Of a stretch of 64,000 nucleotides of DNA, positions 9,849 to 19,630 are shown piece by piece. Made by a program: the position numbers and the translations under genes. The number at the start of each line of letters is the position of its first letter. Within the stretch, counting starts at the first letter, position 1. Origin of the DNA: Abditibacteriaceae bacterium (GTDB taxonomy: Bacteria > Armatimonadota > Abditibacteriia > Abditibacteriales > Abditibacteriaceae); assembly GCA_965277285.1 (NCBI GenBank), contig OZ255721.1, positions 2,976,001-3,040,000 on the forward strand, read 5' to 3'. Below the pieces are notes generated by a model. The model saw only the letters and a list, made by a program, of their open reading frames with translations, did no database searches and was not told the DNA's origin.

Positions 9849-11132
9849 TTAGCGATACGAAATCTTTAAGCGCATCACGCCCGTTGTAAGGGTGTGCGAA
9901 TAATATCCAGTGACGCCCGGGTCGGTCAGCGCGACGGTACGCGAAGGCTTCAGAACAAAGCGGACGGGCACCAATGTCCAGCGGTTTTTCTGGCTGGTGG
10001 CGATGAAGCGGCTTTCTTCGCGGAGAGTGAAATACGTACCGAACGTTTCGCCGCGCAAAACCACCAATTGACCAGCGTGATAACTATCCCGCCTTCCTTC
10101 GACTTGCATGGTCACTTCAAAACACAAATCAACGGGCAAGGGTTTGATAAGTCTCCACGCCGGAAGATGCAAGCGGTATTCGGCTCCACCTTCCGAATAA
10201 GTTTCAGTGGGATCCCAGGCATCCGAGTCGGTGTTCTCGGTCAACATACGGCGTCGCCAAGGCGAATCGAAGAACTCTTCGGTTTCGGCAAATCGAAGAT
10301 TAGACAAAACCAAAGCGTCCAGTTGTGGGCTGGGGACAACGGCCAACTCGTTAGTGACAGACGGCACAATTTCAAAGGCAAAGTCCGAAGAACTGACTTG
10401 ACCTGAACGCTTTTCGCCGTGCAATGAGTACTCGTAACGGAGCGTCATCGAAATCGAGTGCGTGCCCACATCCAATTTTTGAGTGGAGATCCAGCCCACT
10501 GTGGCGCCCGGGCCGTAAAAATAAAACGGGTCGCCGCGCTGCTGGCCATCGAGAAAGATGGTCGTCCAGGTTTTGAAGTCTTCGCTTTTGAAACCCATTT
10601 CGTCTTCCAGAGGCCAGGCGTTCCAGCCGACCGAGCCGCTCGGTCCGCGCGCCATTTGATATTCCAGGCGGATTTCGGCTTCCACTCCCTGGGGATAAGT
10701 GGGACGCGGAGAGGCTTTGAAGACAAGGGCATTCTGAAAGTAAGCCTCGATTTGCTCCGCCGTCATCGTGTTCCAACTGCGCACAAAAGCATTCGTCGCC
10801 TTGCGATACAAAGGATTTTCCGGTTCGGCTAAAATCGCCAGCAAAATATCACCCGCCTGCGGCTGCGACGACTCGATCAAACTTTTCAAGCGCGGCGGCA
10901 GCGCAGGACGAGTGTCATTCGTTACTTCAGGCATCGTCGAAAGCTGAGCAGACATCTCGTTCCACAACGCTGGCCACAATCGGCGACTATCGGTTTTTGG
11001 CTGCGGCGCTGCTTTCACTGCTGACGAGAAAGAGGGAGCCGCCAGCAAACGCGTACCTTTGGCGAATGAGACCACAAATGCGATACTCGCAGCCAGGCCC
11101 AGCAAACGAAAAACGGATTGATATTTCTTCAT
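9849..11132 (-). CDS. Hypothetical secreted protein
   Basis: 427 aa with signal-peptide-like N-terminus and a GGAGGA RBS. Confidence 0.7.
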   Translation of the reverse strand: MKKYQSVFRLLGLAASIAFVVSFAKGTRLLAAPSFSSAVKAAPQPKTDSRRLWPALWNEMSAQLSTMPEVTNDTRPALPPRLKSLIESSQPQAGDILLAILAEPENPLYRKATNAFVRSWNTMTAEQIEAYFQNALVFKASPRPTYPQGVEAEIRLEYQMARGPSGSVGWNAWPLEDEMGFKSEDFKTWTTIFLDGQQRGDPFYFYGPGATVGWISTQKLDVGTHSISMTLRYEYSLHGEKRSGQVSSSDFAFEIVPSVTNELAVVPSPQLDALVLSNLRFAETEEFFDSPWRRRMLTENTDSDAWDPTETYSEGGAEYRLHLPAWRLIKPLPVDLCFEVTMQVEGRRDSYHAGQLVVLRGETFGTYFTLREESRFIATSQKNRWTLVPVRFVLKPSRTVALTDPGVTGYYSHTLTTGVMRLKISYR

Positions 11133-11203
11133 AAAGATTCCTCCTCACAGCGATGTTCTTACAATATCGAGTACTCGATGGATAGTTGCGCAAGGCGACA
11201 ACC

Positions 11204-11294
11204 CAAACGAACCCTGAGCGTAAGCGACGGGTGAACGTATCAATGTCTCGTTGCTATCAGTTTCCACCCGTCGCTTACGCTCAGGGTTCGTTTG
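11204..11294. repeat. REP-like palindrome family B (AACGAACCC.GAGCGTAAGCGACGGG)
   Basis: 30-bp perfect inverted repeat, 11204-11233 / 11265-11294. Confidence 0.9.
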
Positions 11295-11325
11295 TCTATG
11301 ATGCACGTATGTGGCATGGAGACCA

Positions 11326-13266
11326 TCAATCCACTTTCGTTAAAACGTTCAAATATTCCTGCATTTTTTCGGCAAGCGCGCGGTTCATGCCGGAAACTTC
11401 GGCGATTTCTTCCGTACTCGCAGCACGGATTTTCTGCAAACTTCCAAAATGTTCCAAAAGCGCGTTTCTTCTGGCGTCGCCGATGCCGGGAATGTCGTCC
11501 AAGAGCGAATGAATTTGCGCTTTGCCGCGCTGCTTGCGATGATGCGTGATCGCAAAACGGTGCGCCTCATCGCGGATGCGCTGCATTAAATGCAACGACG
11601 GACTGTTTCTGGGAAGCGCAATCGGTTCGCTTTGCATCGGCACAAACAACAATTCATGCTGCTTCGCCAGGCCAACGGTTGGAATGTCTTGCAAGTTCTT
11701 TTCTTGCAGCACCAAAAGCGCGCTCGACAATTGGCCTTTGCCGCCATCGACCATCAGCAAATCGGGCAAGGGCAGAAACTTTTCGTCGCCTTCAATCGCG
11801 CGTTGCAAGCGCCGCCGCAAAACTTCGCGCATCATCTCGAAGTCGTTCGGTTCTTTGCCCAACGTCAATTCCAGCGTGTGTTTAATGGTGAAATGACGAT
11901 AGCTTTTCTTATCGGCTTTGCCGTCTTTGAAAACCACCATCGACGCGACCGAAAATGCACCTTGAACCGTCGAAATATCGAAGCATTCGATGCGTCGCGG
12001 CACGACATTCAACTTCAAGTGTTTCTGCAAATCTTCCAACAGCGCATCGTGGACGACTTTGGCGGTCGCGTTGTAATTGAGATGTTCGCGCAGCGCGAGT
12101 TCGGCGTTTTGCGCTGCCATTTCGAGTACACGCACTTTGTCGCCGCGCTGCGGACGCCGCACTTCGACGTTGCGATTGGCTTTGTCGTGCAGCCATTCTT
12201 CCACCGCTAAAACATCTTCCAGATCGTGCGGCACCAAAATCTCGTGCGGCAGCGCGGTCGGGCCTTCGTAATGTTGACGCACAAAGGCGGACACGATTTC
12301 GCTTTCCGGCTGGCCATCGATGTTCTGCAAAAAGAAATGCTGATCGCCCAATAACTTGCCGCCGCGCACAATTAAGACCGCGACGCTGGCAATTCCGGCT
12401 TCGATGAACAAACCGAGCGCATCCAAGTTTTCGTTCGTTTGCGACACGACTTGCTGGCGCTCGACAACACTTTTTACAGCTTCAATCTGGTCGCGGATTT
12501 TGGCGGCGTCCTCAAATTTCATTTCGACTGCGGCTTCGCTCATGCGAGACTGTAAATCTTTCATCAATTCGTCGGAGCGACCTTCCAGAAAATTGCGTAG
12601 TGCTTTGGCTTGATTCGAGTACTCGATGTTGCTGACAAAGCCGACGCAGGGCGCGGTGCAACGGTCGATGTGATATTCCAAACACGGCTTATCCAAAGGC
12701 TGCGACGTATCGCGCCACGGGCAGCCGCCCCAGCGACGATCAGAAATCAGAGCGCCCGTGCGCACTTTAAAAACGCGCTTGGCCAGAGCGACGGTTTGGC
12801 GCATTTTTCCGGCTCCGGCGTATGGGCCGAAATAAATCGCTTTGTCGTTTTTCGGCTGACGCACTTCTAAAAGCGCCGGAAATTCGTCCTGCGTCAGCTT
12901 CAAATACGGATAACGCTTGTCGTCTTTCAAGCGAATGTTGAAGTGCGGCTTGTGCATCTTGACCAGGTTGTTTTCCAGGATCAAGGCTTCTTTTTCGGTG
13001 CGCGTGACGATAGTTTCAAAATCGACGATGAAGCGAATCATCTTGCGCGTGAAGGCCGAATGCCCGCCGTCTTTGGCGAAGTAAGAGCGCACGCGGTTCT
13101 TCAGGTTGCGCGCCTTGCCGATATAAATCACTTTGCCTTCGGCGTTTTTGTGCAGGTAAACGCCCGGCAAATCGGGCAGGGAAGACAATTTTTCCTCGAT
13201 GTGTACGCGAATTTCGTCGCGTGTCGGCGCTGCGGTTTCTTCGGTTTGAGTACTCGATTCGTCCAT
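11326..13266 (-). CDS. uvrC: Excinuclease ABC subunit C
   Basis: GIY-YIG (GVY..YIGKARNLKNRVRSYF), RIECFDIS, DGGKGQ, RIRDEAHRFA, C-terminal HhH. Confidence 0.98.
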   Translation of the reverse strand: MDESSTQTEETAAPTRDEIRVHIEEKLSSLPDLPGVYLHKNAEGKVIYIGKARNLKNRVRSYFAKDGGHSAFTRKMIRFIVDFETIVTRTEKEALILENNLVKMHKPHFNIRLKDDKRYPYLKLTQDEFPALLEVRQPKNDKAIYFGPYAGAGKMRQTVALAKRVFKVRTGALISDRRWGGCPWRDTSQPLDKPCLEYHIDRCTAPCVGFVSNIEYSNQAKALRNFLEGRSDELMKDLQSRMSEAAVEMKFEDAAKIRDQIEAVKSVVERQQVVSQTNENLDALGLFIEAGIASVAVLIVRGGKLLGDQHFFLQNIDGQPESEIVSAFVRQHYEGPTALPHEILVPHDLEDVLAVEEWLHDKANRNVEVRRPQRGDKVRVLEMAAQNAELALREHLNYNATAKVVHDALLEDLQKHLKLNVVPRRIECFDISTVQGAFSVASMVVFKDGKADKKSYRHFTIKHTLELTLGKEPNDFEMMREVLRRRLQRAIEGDEKFLPLPDLLMVDGGKGQLSSALLVLQEKNLQDIPTVGLAKQHELLFVPMQSEPIALPRNSPSLHLMQRIRDEAHRFAITHHRKQRGKAQIHSLLDDIPGIGDARRNALLEHFGSLQKIRAASTEEIAEVSGMNRALAEKMQEYLNVLTKVD

Positions 13267-13398
13267 GGTCTTAGTTTACAAGGTGAATAGACAAGGATTT
13301 TAAGGCGTCTTTTGAGATGATGCAAAACCGTATAAGACGTATGACGAACCGAAGTAGTATGATTTGGCTGTTGGAGAGTTTGCGATTGGGAGATTTTT

Positions 13399-15429
13399 AT
13401 GAAACTCTGGGTTTTTCTATTTTGTTTTTTATTGGCTGTGCCGGTGTGGGCGCAAAGCACAATCGTTGTGCCGATGCGAACGGATGTGGCGACCACGCTC
13501 ACACCCGATTTTGTGCGTTCCTGTGATTACATTGCGCGGGGAACTTTGCGACTTAAGACGGCGGAAAGCGAAACGCTTGGCATTTTCCCTTATCAGCAAT
13601 ATACGAAGCTGAAAGGCATTCCCGATTTTGGAATTTTACCTTTTAAGCTGGGTGATTTAGCGGGTTGGAAAGACGGAGATGAAACCCTAATTTTCGCGCG
13701 TTATGAAGGTGTGAGCGGCCACCTCGTCGTAATGGCGAAATTGCCGCCGACGCCCATCAACATCGCTTGCGTGCAAGATTTGGTGGCGCGCAATCCCGAC
13801 TTCGACATCTCTTTCACGACTGATAAAATGCGTTACGTTTCCGGTGAAAATATAAAAGTCACATGGCGTTTGAAGAATGTGTCGAGGCAACCGAAGCGAA
13901 TCTATACCGGCGAGTTCGCTACTCAAGTGTCTTTTGAATATGACGGCATGGGAATGCAAAAGAGCGATTCTGTAGCGGCCAAACGTCCTTGGTTCACCGA
14001 AGTGAAAGCGGGCGAAAGCTGGGTATACGAAATCAATTTTGATGGCAAATTCCCTGTAGGAAATCTGCGTCTTAATTGGCAATACGAATCGTCCGACGCG
14101 CTCAATTTGCGCCGCGCATTGCCGAAAAATGTGGCTTTTGAAAGCAAACACGATGAGGTAACAGTTGAAATCGTGCCACCCGATAAAGCGCAAATGCAAC
14201 AATTAGATAAGGCGTTATCGAGTACTCGATGGGATGAACAACTTGCTGCCGCGCAGAAATTGTTGTTGACCAATGATCCCATACAATTGAAAAAGTTAGC
14301 CGCTTTCTCGTCGCATCCGTTTCGCCCGTTGCGCAATGTCGCTTCGCGGGCGATGTCGCAAAACGGGGAATTTTCGCCTGCGCTCAAAGCATTATTTTAC
14401 AGTGGGACAGATGTCGAAAGTCGCAAGTTCCGCAGCCAAGAAAGCGACTATTCGCTGGCTCTTCTGGCGTGGGCTGCTGTTGAAGAAGAAGCATACAAAC
14501 GTGGTTTCAAAGGCTCCAACTATCTGGCGTTAGATAAGGCGCGCTTGCGCCGCGCCCTTCCTCCCACTGACGACTCACGCATCGGCGATTTATTGGCGCA
14601 ACGTCTCCGAAGCGGCAGGCCAATGGCGGGCGGCATCAATAACGGCATGACTTTGATGTATCTTACGTCAGTGCGAGCCACTGTAATAGGAGAAGGAGAT
14701 CCGCTACCCGACGAGTTACAAAATCGAGTACTCGATGCGTGGAAGATCAAGCGCCTGACAGTTAAAAATCTTTACATACAGGCGCAACTAAACACTGAAA
14801 TTACGCTTGCGCGCCACATTCGCTACGACGATTTTAAAGTTGGGTCACAGTATCAAATGGTTGCGCAGCTAATCGAATCAAGCGCTAACGACTCCTCCTC
14901 TGGCTTGAAGCGGGACGAATGGCAACAAAAAATTTTATCGCTCCCCAATGAATCGCTCCCCGATTTATGGCGTGTCTTGCAGTGGCGCGAGATTCTCAAT
15001 CCGCCGCCTGTGGTGCTGCAATCTTTGTCGCGTTGGAAAGATCCTCGCGTCTTCGACTATTTGTTGCGAATTGCTTACGACGAAGGCTTTCCTGACGGAG
15101 ATGCGCGAATCGAAGCGATTCGTTTGATAGCCCAACTTGATTGGGCGCGCGCTCAAACACATATTGAAAACTTCCTGACTTATCCAGTTGAATTCGGCGA
15201 CTGGAGCCGCGAATCGCCGCGATTGGGGGCGGCAATCGCTTTGGCTGAACACGGCGATAAACGAGGCGTGCCAATTATCTTTTCGCCCGAATACGCAAAT
15301 CGTTACGGCTTCCTGGACGAAAAAACTGTCGGCGCTGCACTCAAAACTGCGACCGGGCAAGAACAGCCAAATCTTATGCAGTGGAAACGCTGGTGGCAAA
15401 ATGACGGTGTAAAAATGCAGTGGAGATAA
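13399..15429 (+). CDS. Hypothetical secreted protein with HEAT-like repeats
   Basis: 676 aa with a signal peptide and helical segments such as ARIEAIRLIAQL and RLGAAIALAEHGDKRG. Confidence 0.7.
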   Translation: MKLWVFLFCFLLAVPVWAQSTIVVPMRTDVATTLTPDFVRSCDYIARGTLRLKTAESETLGIFPYQQYTKLKGIPDFGILPFKLGDLAGWKDGDETLIFARYEGVSGHLVVMAKLPPTPINIACVQDLVARNPDFDISFTTDKMRYVSGENIKVTWRLKNVSRQPKRIYTGEFATQVSFEYDGMGMQKSDSVAAKRPWFTEVKAGESWVYEINFDGKFPVGNLRLNWQYESSDALNLRRALPKNVAFESKHDEVTVEIVPPDKAQMQQLDKALSSTRWDEQLAAAQKLLLTNDPIQLKKLAAFSSHPFRPLRNVASRAMSQNGEFSPALKALFYSGTDVESRKFRSQESDYSLALLAWAAVEEEAYKRGFKGSNYLALDKARLRRALPPTDDSRIGDLLAQRLRSGRPMAGGINNGMTLMYLTSVRATVIGEGDPLPDELQNRVLDAWKIKRLTVKNLYIQAQLNTEITLARHIRYDDFKVGSQYQMVAQLIESSANDSSSGLKRDEWQQKILSLPNESLPDLWRVLQWREILNPPPVVLQSLSRWKDPRVFDYLLRIAYDEGFPDGDARIEAIRLIAQLDWARAQTHIENFLTYPVEFGDWSRESPRLGAAIALAEHGDKRGVPIIFSPEYANRYGFLDEKTVGAALKTATGQEQPNLMQWKRWWQNDGVKMQWR

Positions 15430-15465
15430 GATCAGGGCAAAAGCACAAAGCGAAGTGTCGAGTAC

Positions 15466-15991
15466 TTGATACTTATGAATCTGTGTCCATTTGTGCTTAT
15501 CTGTGGTCGAAATTCATCTCTCGATTCAATAGTCACGGAATTTTGGCCTCTATGGAATTTCGCGTTGCTGTCTCATCTTTACAGTGGGCTGAGAATCCAC
15601 GACCGCCAAGCGCTTGCAACAAGGTTTGCAGTTCTCAATTGGGAGTTGATGACAAGTTGGTTGCGCTCTTTGAACTACGTTCGCAACGTTATCGCGCATC
15701 ATGGGCGCTTGTGGAATCTCAACTTAAATGATTATCCAAATCTACCGCGAGTTGGAACGATACTGCAACTCGATCATTTACAAACGTCGCCAAACGAACG
15801 TTGCCAAACGCAGGCACCCGAATTTATAGCGTTTGCTGCATTTTGTGTCACTTTTCACACGTTATCAATCCAGAATCTTCGTGGCCACAATAATTGAAAA
15901 CGCTTCTCGACAATTTTCCGTCACGCCTTACGCAAACATTCAAGCGATGGGTTTCCCGACCGATTGGCAGAACGAATCCTTGTGGAAGTAA
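15466..15991 (+). pseudogene. Abi-family (AbiD/AbiF-like, Abi_2) remnant
   Basis: SWLRSLNYVRNVIAHHGRLWN (RxxxxH HEPN-like motif). The N-terminus is missing, and the C-terminus continues in other frames (RIYSV.., MGFPTDWQNESLWK*). Confidence 0.7.
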
Positions 15992-16014
15992 GAATGACGC
16001 TTCGGGTTCGTGGA

Positions 16015-16809
16015 TCACTCCGCTTTATCTTTGTCAAATGTGGCCAGACGTGCGCGCGCCACGTTACAAAAATGCGCGGAGGTTTCGATTCCTATCCAGC
16101 GACGATCGTGTTTTTGCGCAGCGGTGGCAGTTGTGCCGCTTCCTAAAAAGGGATCGAGGACGATTTCATCGGGCGCGCTACTGGAAAGCACGATGCGTTC
16201 GATGAGCGACAGCGGCTTTTGCGAAGGATGCCCGATTTTCTCTTTGGAACTGCCTTTGAGAGACGGAATACGCCACAAGTTCGTCGCATATTTGCCGCGT
16301 TCGAGATGAGCGCGACGCGCCTCCAGGTCTTTATACCGCTTGTCTTTCAAATAGTGCCCGATGGTTTTTTCGTCATACGATTCGCGCACCGCGTCTTTGT
16401 TGAATAATGGCGGCGCTCCGTCTTTGCGCAGCACAATCGCCATCTCGTAAGCGGGCGTGAACGAATCGCGGCGGTCGTTGTAGCCGACAACTCTGTCCCA
16501 AATCAGCAAATCGTGAAACGCGTATTCGCGGGCGGCCTGCGACATCAAATGCAACATGACGTGTTCGCGCTTACCGACTTGACCGAAGCAATACAGCAAA
16601 CCGCCGGGCACCAGCAAACGCATCGCGGCTTGCATCCAATGCGCTGTCCATTCGAGATAATCGTCCGGCGTTTTCCACGATGTATCCCAGTTTTCCTCAA
16701 GCAGCACATTGAAATACGGCGGATCGGCGACCACGAGGCGCACCGTTTCCGCGGGCAAATTGTTCATTACAGGGATGCAATCTCCGCAGATGATCCGGTT
16801 TTCTGTCAT
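16015..16809 (-). CDS. Beta-class N4/N6 DNA methyltransferase (orphan)
   Basis: Catalytic DPPY near the N-terminus, then HPSQKP and the SAM-binding VLDPFLGSGTT near the C-terminus. Confidence 0.92.
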   Translation of the reverse strand: MTENRIICGDCIPVMNNLPAETVRLVVADPPYFNVLLEENWDTSWKTPDDYLEWTAHWMQAAMRLLVPGGLLYCFGQVGKREHVMLHLMSQAAREYAFHDLLIWDRVVGYNDRRDSFTPAYEMAIVLRKDGAPPLFNKDAVRESYDEKTIGHYLKDKRYKDLEARRAHLERGKYATNLWRIPSLKGSSKEKIGHPSQKPLSLIERIVLSSSAPDEIVLDPFLGSGTTATAAQKHDRRWIGIETSAHFCNVARARLATFDKDKAE

Positions 16810-16858
16810 GTTCCGCAGTTTAGAAGAATCGAGTACTCGATTCGCTTATTCTTCGCTC

Positions 16859-17731
16859 TTACACGTCGCGCAGAAAATCAATTATCAACTGATTGACACG
16901 CTGCGGCTGGTCACGATGCACCCAATGGCTGGCGTCCGGCAACAATTCTAATTGAAGATTTGGCACCCATTTTTCCAAACCTTGCGTGAGTTGCACGCCC
17001 AAATAACGATCCTGCTCGCCCCAAATCAGCAGCGTTGGCGTTTCGATGCGTCGTGCTTGAAACGCTTGGCGCGGACGGCAACGCAACGCGCGATAGTAAT
17101 TGAGCGCGCTCGTCAAAGCGCGCGGCTGCGCTAAGGCTTCAACAGTTTGGTCGATGTCATGGCGTGAAAACGCGCGGCGATTAGTCGGATCAAAGCGAAA
17201 AACGCGGCGCACGAGGGCGAAATCGTGGGCGCGAATCAGACGTTCCGGCAAAAACGGCAATTGAAAAAACAACGCGTATGACGACTTCAGGATTTGTCGT
17301 ACGGTGCGCAGTTCTCGCGCGAAAGCGGCGGGATGCGGCGCGTTCAAGACGATCAGTTTCGCCAAACATTGTGGTTGTCGCATCGCCAGATGCCACGCGA
17401 TGACGCCGCCCCAATCGTGCCCGACGACAGCCGCTTTTTCTGCGCCCAAATACCGAATCAGCGCCGCGACATCGTTCGTTAATTTTTCTATCGAATACGC
17501 GCCAATACCGCGCGGTTTGTCCGACAGGTTGTAGCCGCGCAAATCGGGCGCGACGACGCGAAAACCGGCGTTTGCCAATGCTTCGATCTGATGTTTCCAG
17601 CCGCCCCAGAAATCGGGAAAGCCATGCAGCAGCAACACCAATTCGCCTTGACCGCGCTCGACGTAATGCAAGCGAACGCCGTTGACAGCGGCGAAATCAT
17701 GCGCTTCTTTCTGGTCGTGTTGAAATGCCAT
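16859..17731 (-). CDS. Alpha/beta hydrolase (epoxide hydrolase-like)
   Basis: LLHGFP, PDLRGYN, GHDWGG, ASHWV. Confidence 0.92.
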   Translation of the reverse strand: MAFQHDQKEAHDFAAVNGVRLHYVERGQGELVLLLHGFPDFWGGWKHQIEALANAGFRVVAPDLRGYNLSDKPRGIGAYSIEKLTNDVAALIRYLGAEKAAVVGHDWGGVIAWHLAMRQPQCLAKLIVLNAPHPAAFARELRTVRQILKSSYALFFQLPFLPERLIRAHDFALVRRVFRFDPTNRRAFSRHDIDQTVEALAQPRALTSALNYYRALRCRPRQAFQARRIETPTLLIWGEQDRYLGVQLTQGLEKWVPNLQLELLPDASHWVHRDQPQRVNQLIIDFLRDV

Positions 17732-17770
17732 TTAACAGATTGAAGAAGAGAACTGCACTTTATAATCGCT

Positions 17771-17843
17771 AACGAACCCCAAGCGTGAGCGCGGGGCTGA
17801 AGTAACTGTCACGTCAGCCCCGCGCTCACGCTTGGGGTTCGTT
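17771..17843. repeat. REP-like palindrome family B
   Basis: AACGAACCCCAAGCGTGAGCGCGGGGCTGA followed by its reverse complement. Confidence 0.9.
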
Positions 17844-18094
17844 TTAGTCGAATGCGACAATTTCATCAAAGCACAAACGCCGCGCAAAGAACAACGGCGC
17901 GGCGTTCAAATTGTCTTTGCGTCCGCGAATCGAGTACTCGAATGGGTGTTTGACAATAGCGTAAGGACATCAAACGTATGAATTATATACTGACGCGGTA
18001 TTTAGTGAGCCACACTGCGGCTTATGCAACAGCGCACAAATGAGTGACTGTTCTGTGGGCACTTGCCAGGCGACAAATGGTGCAATAGGAACAT

Positions 18095-18721
18095 TCAAGG
18101 CGTTGGGATGCGCCGTTCGGGACGTACTTCGCGCACCAGATGACCCAGTTCGGGAACGATCAGTTTTTCCATCGCCAGTTGTACAGCTTTTGGACTGCCC
18201 GGCAAAACGAACAGCAAAGTTCGTCCCATGACGCCCGCGAAAGCGCGACTGAGTATCGTCGCGGCGCCGACTTGCTCCCAACTTAATACGTGAAACACTT
18301 CGCCAAAACCTGGCAAGTCTTTGGTCAGCAAAGGGCGCAAGGCTTCGGGCGTCACGTCGCGCGAACCGATGCCGCTACCGCCAGTCACGATGATCGTTTC
18401 GGGGTCGCTGATGCCATCGGTCACGGTTTGCACGGCTTCGCGGATCGCGTTCGCATCGTCGTTTACAATCAATGAACCAACGATTTGATGACCCGCGTTT
18501 TGCAGCAATTCCTGAATCAGCGCGCCGCCTTTGTCGGTGATTTCATTGCGCGTATCGGAAACCGTGAGGACGAAAACGCGAACGCTACGCGGCGCCTGCG
18601 CGCGATGTTCAGCGGCTGAATCTCCATCCGATTCGAGTACTCGATTGCTTTCGATTTGCGCTTCGCGCGCGTTCGAGGGTTCGTTCTGATTCGAGGCTTG
18701 ATTGTTGGGATGTTGTGCCAT
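18095..18721 (-). CDS. moaB: Molybdenum cofactor biosynthesis protein MoaB/MogA
   Basis: LTVSDTR..DKGG, TGGSGIGSRDVTPEA, LPGFGE, LPGSPKAV. Confidence 0.9.
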   Translation of the reverse strand: MAQHPNNQASNQNEPSNAREAQIESNRVLESDGDSAAEHRAQAPRSVRVFVLTVSDTRNEITDKGGALIQELLQNAGHQIVGSLIVNDDANAIREAVQTVTDGISDPETIIVTGGSGIGSRDVTPEALRPLLTKDLPGFGEVFHVLSWEQVGAATILSRAFAGVMGRTLLFVLPGSPKAVQLAMEKLIVPELGHLVREVRPERRIPTP

Positions 18722-18737
18722 AAGGAATCACCAGGAC

Positions 18738-19202
18738 TTACCAGAGTTTTTCAACTGCTTCCACTGCGTCTTTAGCGTCTCTCAAGCCTAAATTGCTGCG
18801 TTCGCGCAAATACTTGATCGCTTCGATTTTGCGACCAGCGCGCACCATTTGCGCAAGTTCCGCCTGATCGCTGGCGCTCAAGTTGAGATTTGTCGCGCCG
18901 GAAAACGGAATTGTATTTGGTGCCGATTTTCGAGGTGCGTTGTCAAAAGGCGAAGGCAACGGCGGCGTCATCGGCGTTGTTGAATTGGACAAATTCAAAT
19001 GTCGCGTAATCGCGTCCACCTTTTGTTCTAAAACCCGCAATCGTTCATCTTGGCGTCGCGCGCTGTAACCTTTGAAAACAAACGTCATCAGGCGCGTCGC
19101 TATCAAAACTACAAAGAGCACCGCAAGGGAATATTGCAACGACGTTGGATTGGTGTTCATAACGTTTTCGAGTACTCGATATAACGGTTCAGAGTTCAAC
19201 AT
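18738..19202 (-). CDS. Membrane protein with ribosomal L7/L12 C-terminal-like domain
   Basis: One TM segment plus GRKIEAIKYLRERSNLGLRDAKDAVE. Not rplL itself, and the start may be at 19160. Confidence 0.75.
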   Translation of the reverse strand: MLNSEPLYRVLENVMNTNPTSLQYSLAVLFVVLIATRLMTFVFKGYSARRQDERLRVLEQKVDAITRHLNLSNSTTPMTPPLPSPFDNAPRKSAPNTIPFSGATNLNLSASDQAELAQMVRAGRKIEAIKYLRERSNLGLRDAKDAVEAVEKLW

Positions 19203-19269
19203 TGCGGTTCAGGGTTCAACGCGACGCGTATTGCGCTCGACTTTTGTCCAGCTTCGTTGTCTCGGTTTG

Positions 19270-19578
19270 TTAATCGAGGTGCATTTTGCCTGGCAAGTAG
19301 CGAATCAAACCGGCGCAATATGTCACTTTTCGCGTTTCTCCAGGTTGCAGCGCGAGGTGTACCGTATTTTTCCCGCATTCTGGAAGGAACAACCACGGAT
19401 AAGAGACCGAAATTTGATATTCGCCCGGCGGCACTGGGAATAGATGCGTGCCCCAAGCACGACGGTGGACAGAGTCATTAATGGTCACGGTGGGAGTAAA
19501 CCATTGATAAATAAAGGCGAGCGGCGAATGACTGACGACAATTTCAAGCTGTGACTGCCCGTTCGATTCCGTAGACAT
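19270..19578 (-). CDS. Hypothetical protein
   Basis: ORF from MSTESNG in operon orientation after mutL. Confidence 0.55.
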   Translation of the reverse strand: MSTESNGQSQLEIVVSHSPLAFIYQWFTPTVTINDSVHRRAWGTHLFPVPPGEYQISVSYPWLFLPECGKNTVHLALQPGETRKVTYCAGLIRYLPGKMHLD

Positions 19579-19630
19579 AAACCCTTTAATCCTCACCGAA
19601 TGGCTCGATTGAAAACGGGCGCCATTCGTA

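Noticed and set aside
17950..17991. Sigma70 promoter from TTGACA at 17950
   Set aside because: The nearest good -10 (TATACT) is about 30 bp away, and no plus-strand gene follows.
18738..19202. rplL (ribosomal protein L7/L12)
   Set aside because: Only a short C-terminal-like motif fused to a TM segment, and not in a ribosomal operon.
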